Assembly (NCBI RefSeq): GCF_018977255.1
Contig: NW_024704743.1
Coordinates: 91,576,001-91,640,000 of the forward strand
Length of the DNA stretch: 64,000 nt
Direction of reading: 5' to 3'
Source: Callorhinchus milii
Taxonomy: Eukaryota
Position 1 is the stretch's first letter. Every line of letters begins with the position of its first letter. The notes beneath the pieces were generated by a model. That model made no database searches and was not told where the DNA came from. It saw nothing but the letters and a program-made list of their open reading frames with translations. Made by a program: the position numbers and the translations under genes. This document shows, piece after piece, positions 63,887 through 64,000 of the stretch.

Positions 63887-64000
63887 AATAAATAACCCTT
63901 GCATTTGTTATGGCGCCTTATCACATCTTTGAGATGCCTCAAAGCACTTTACAGAATATACTGTAAAGTGAATTAACTGTATTTTTTGGGGCAAAATGAG
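63887..64000 (-). mobile_element. SINE 3' tail running off the window
   Basis: Family tail. Confidence 0.82.

Noticed and set aside
1..64000. CRISPR array, prokaryotic operon, endogenous virus, known miRNA
   Set aside because: No regularly spaced repeats, no long non-TE ORFs, and no full match to mature miRNAs I know (seed-only matches such as TGGAATGT were ignored).

Overview
Vertebrate non-coding DNA (large intron or gene desert), densely filled with retroposons. The repeat content points to a cartilaginous fish, most likely the elephant shark Callorhinchus milii; this is inferred from recalled consensus sequences, not from a search. No protein-coding gene could be identified. The ORF-track peptides are decayed L2/CR1 ORF2 fragments, antisense or frameshifted readings of them, SINE-derived, or chance ORFs. 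Main content: (1) about 20 copies of a young tRNA-derived SINE; (2) about 17 older Deu-domain SINE copies (SacSINE1/AmnSINE1-like) sharing its 3' half; (3) many L2 LINE 3' fragments, three reaching an altered RT catalytic motif; (4) CR1 fragments; (5) two AmnSINE2-like ancient SINEs; (6) a Penelope-type remnant with a minimal hammerhead ribozyme core; (7) at least 7 copies of a ~0.6-kb repeat I cannot classify, with a conserved 3' stem-loop and A-tail. Repeat-poor islands carry enhancer-like motif clusters (PBX-HOX/MEIS/TCF, POU, RFX X-box, CRE dyad), a multi-hairpin segment and several weak orphan exon candidates. Repeat boundaries are approximate (tens of bp for old copies). I found no clear new gene system; the best leads are the unclassified repeat, the hammerhead, the SINE chimera series and the 47.0-47.2 kb structure.
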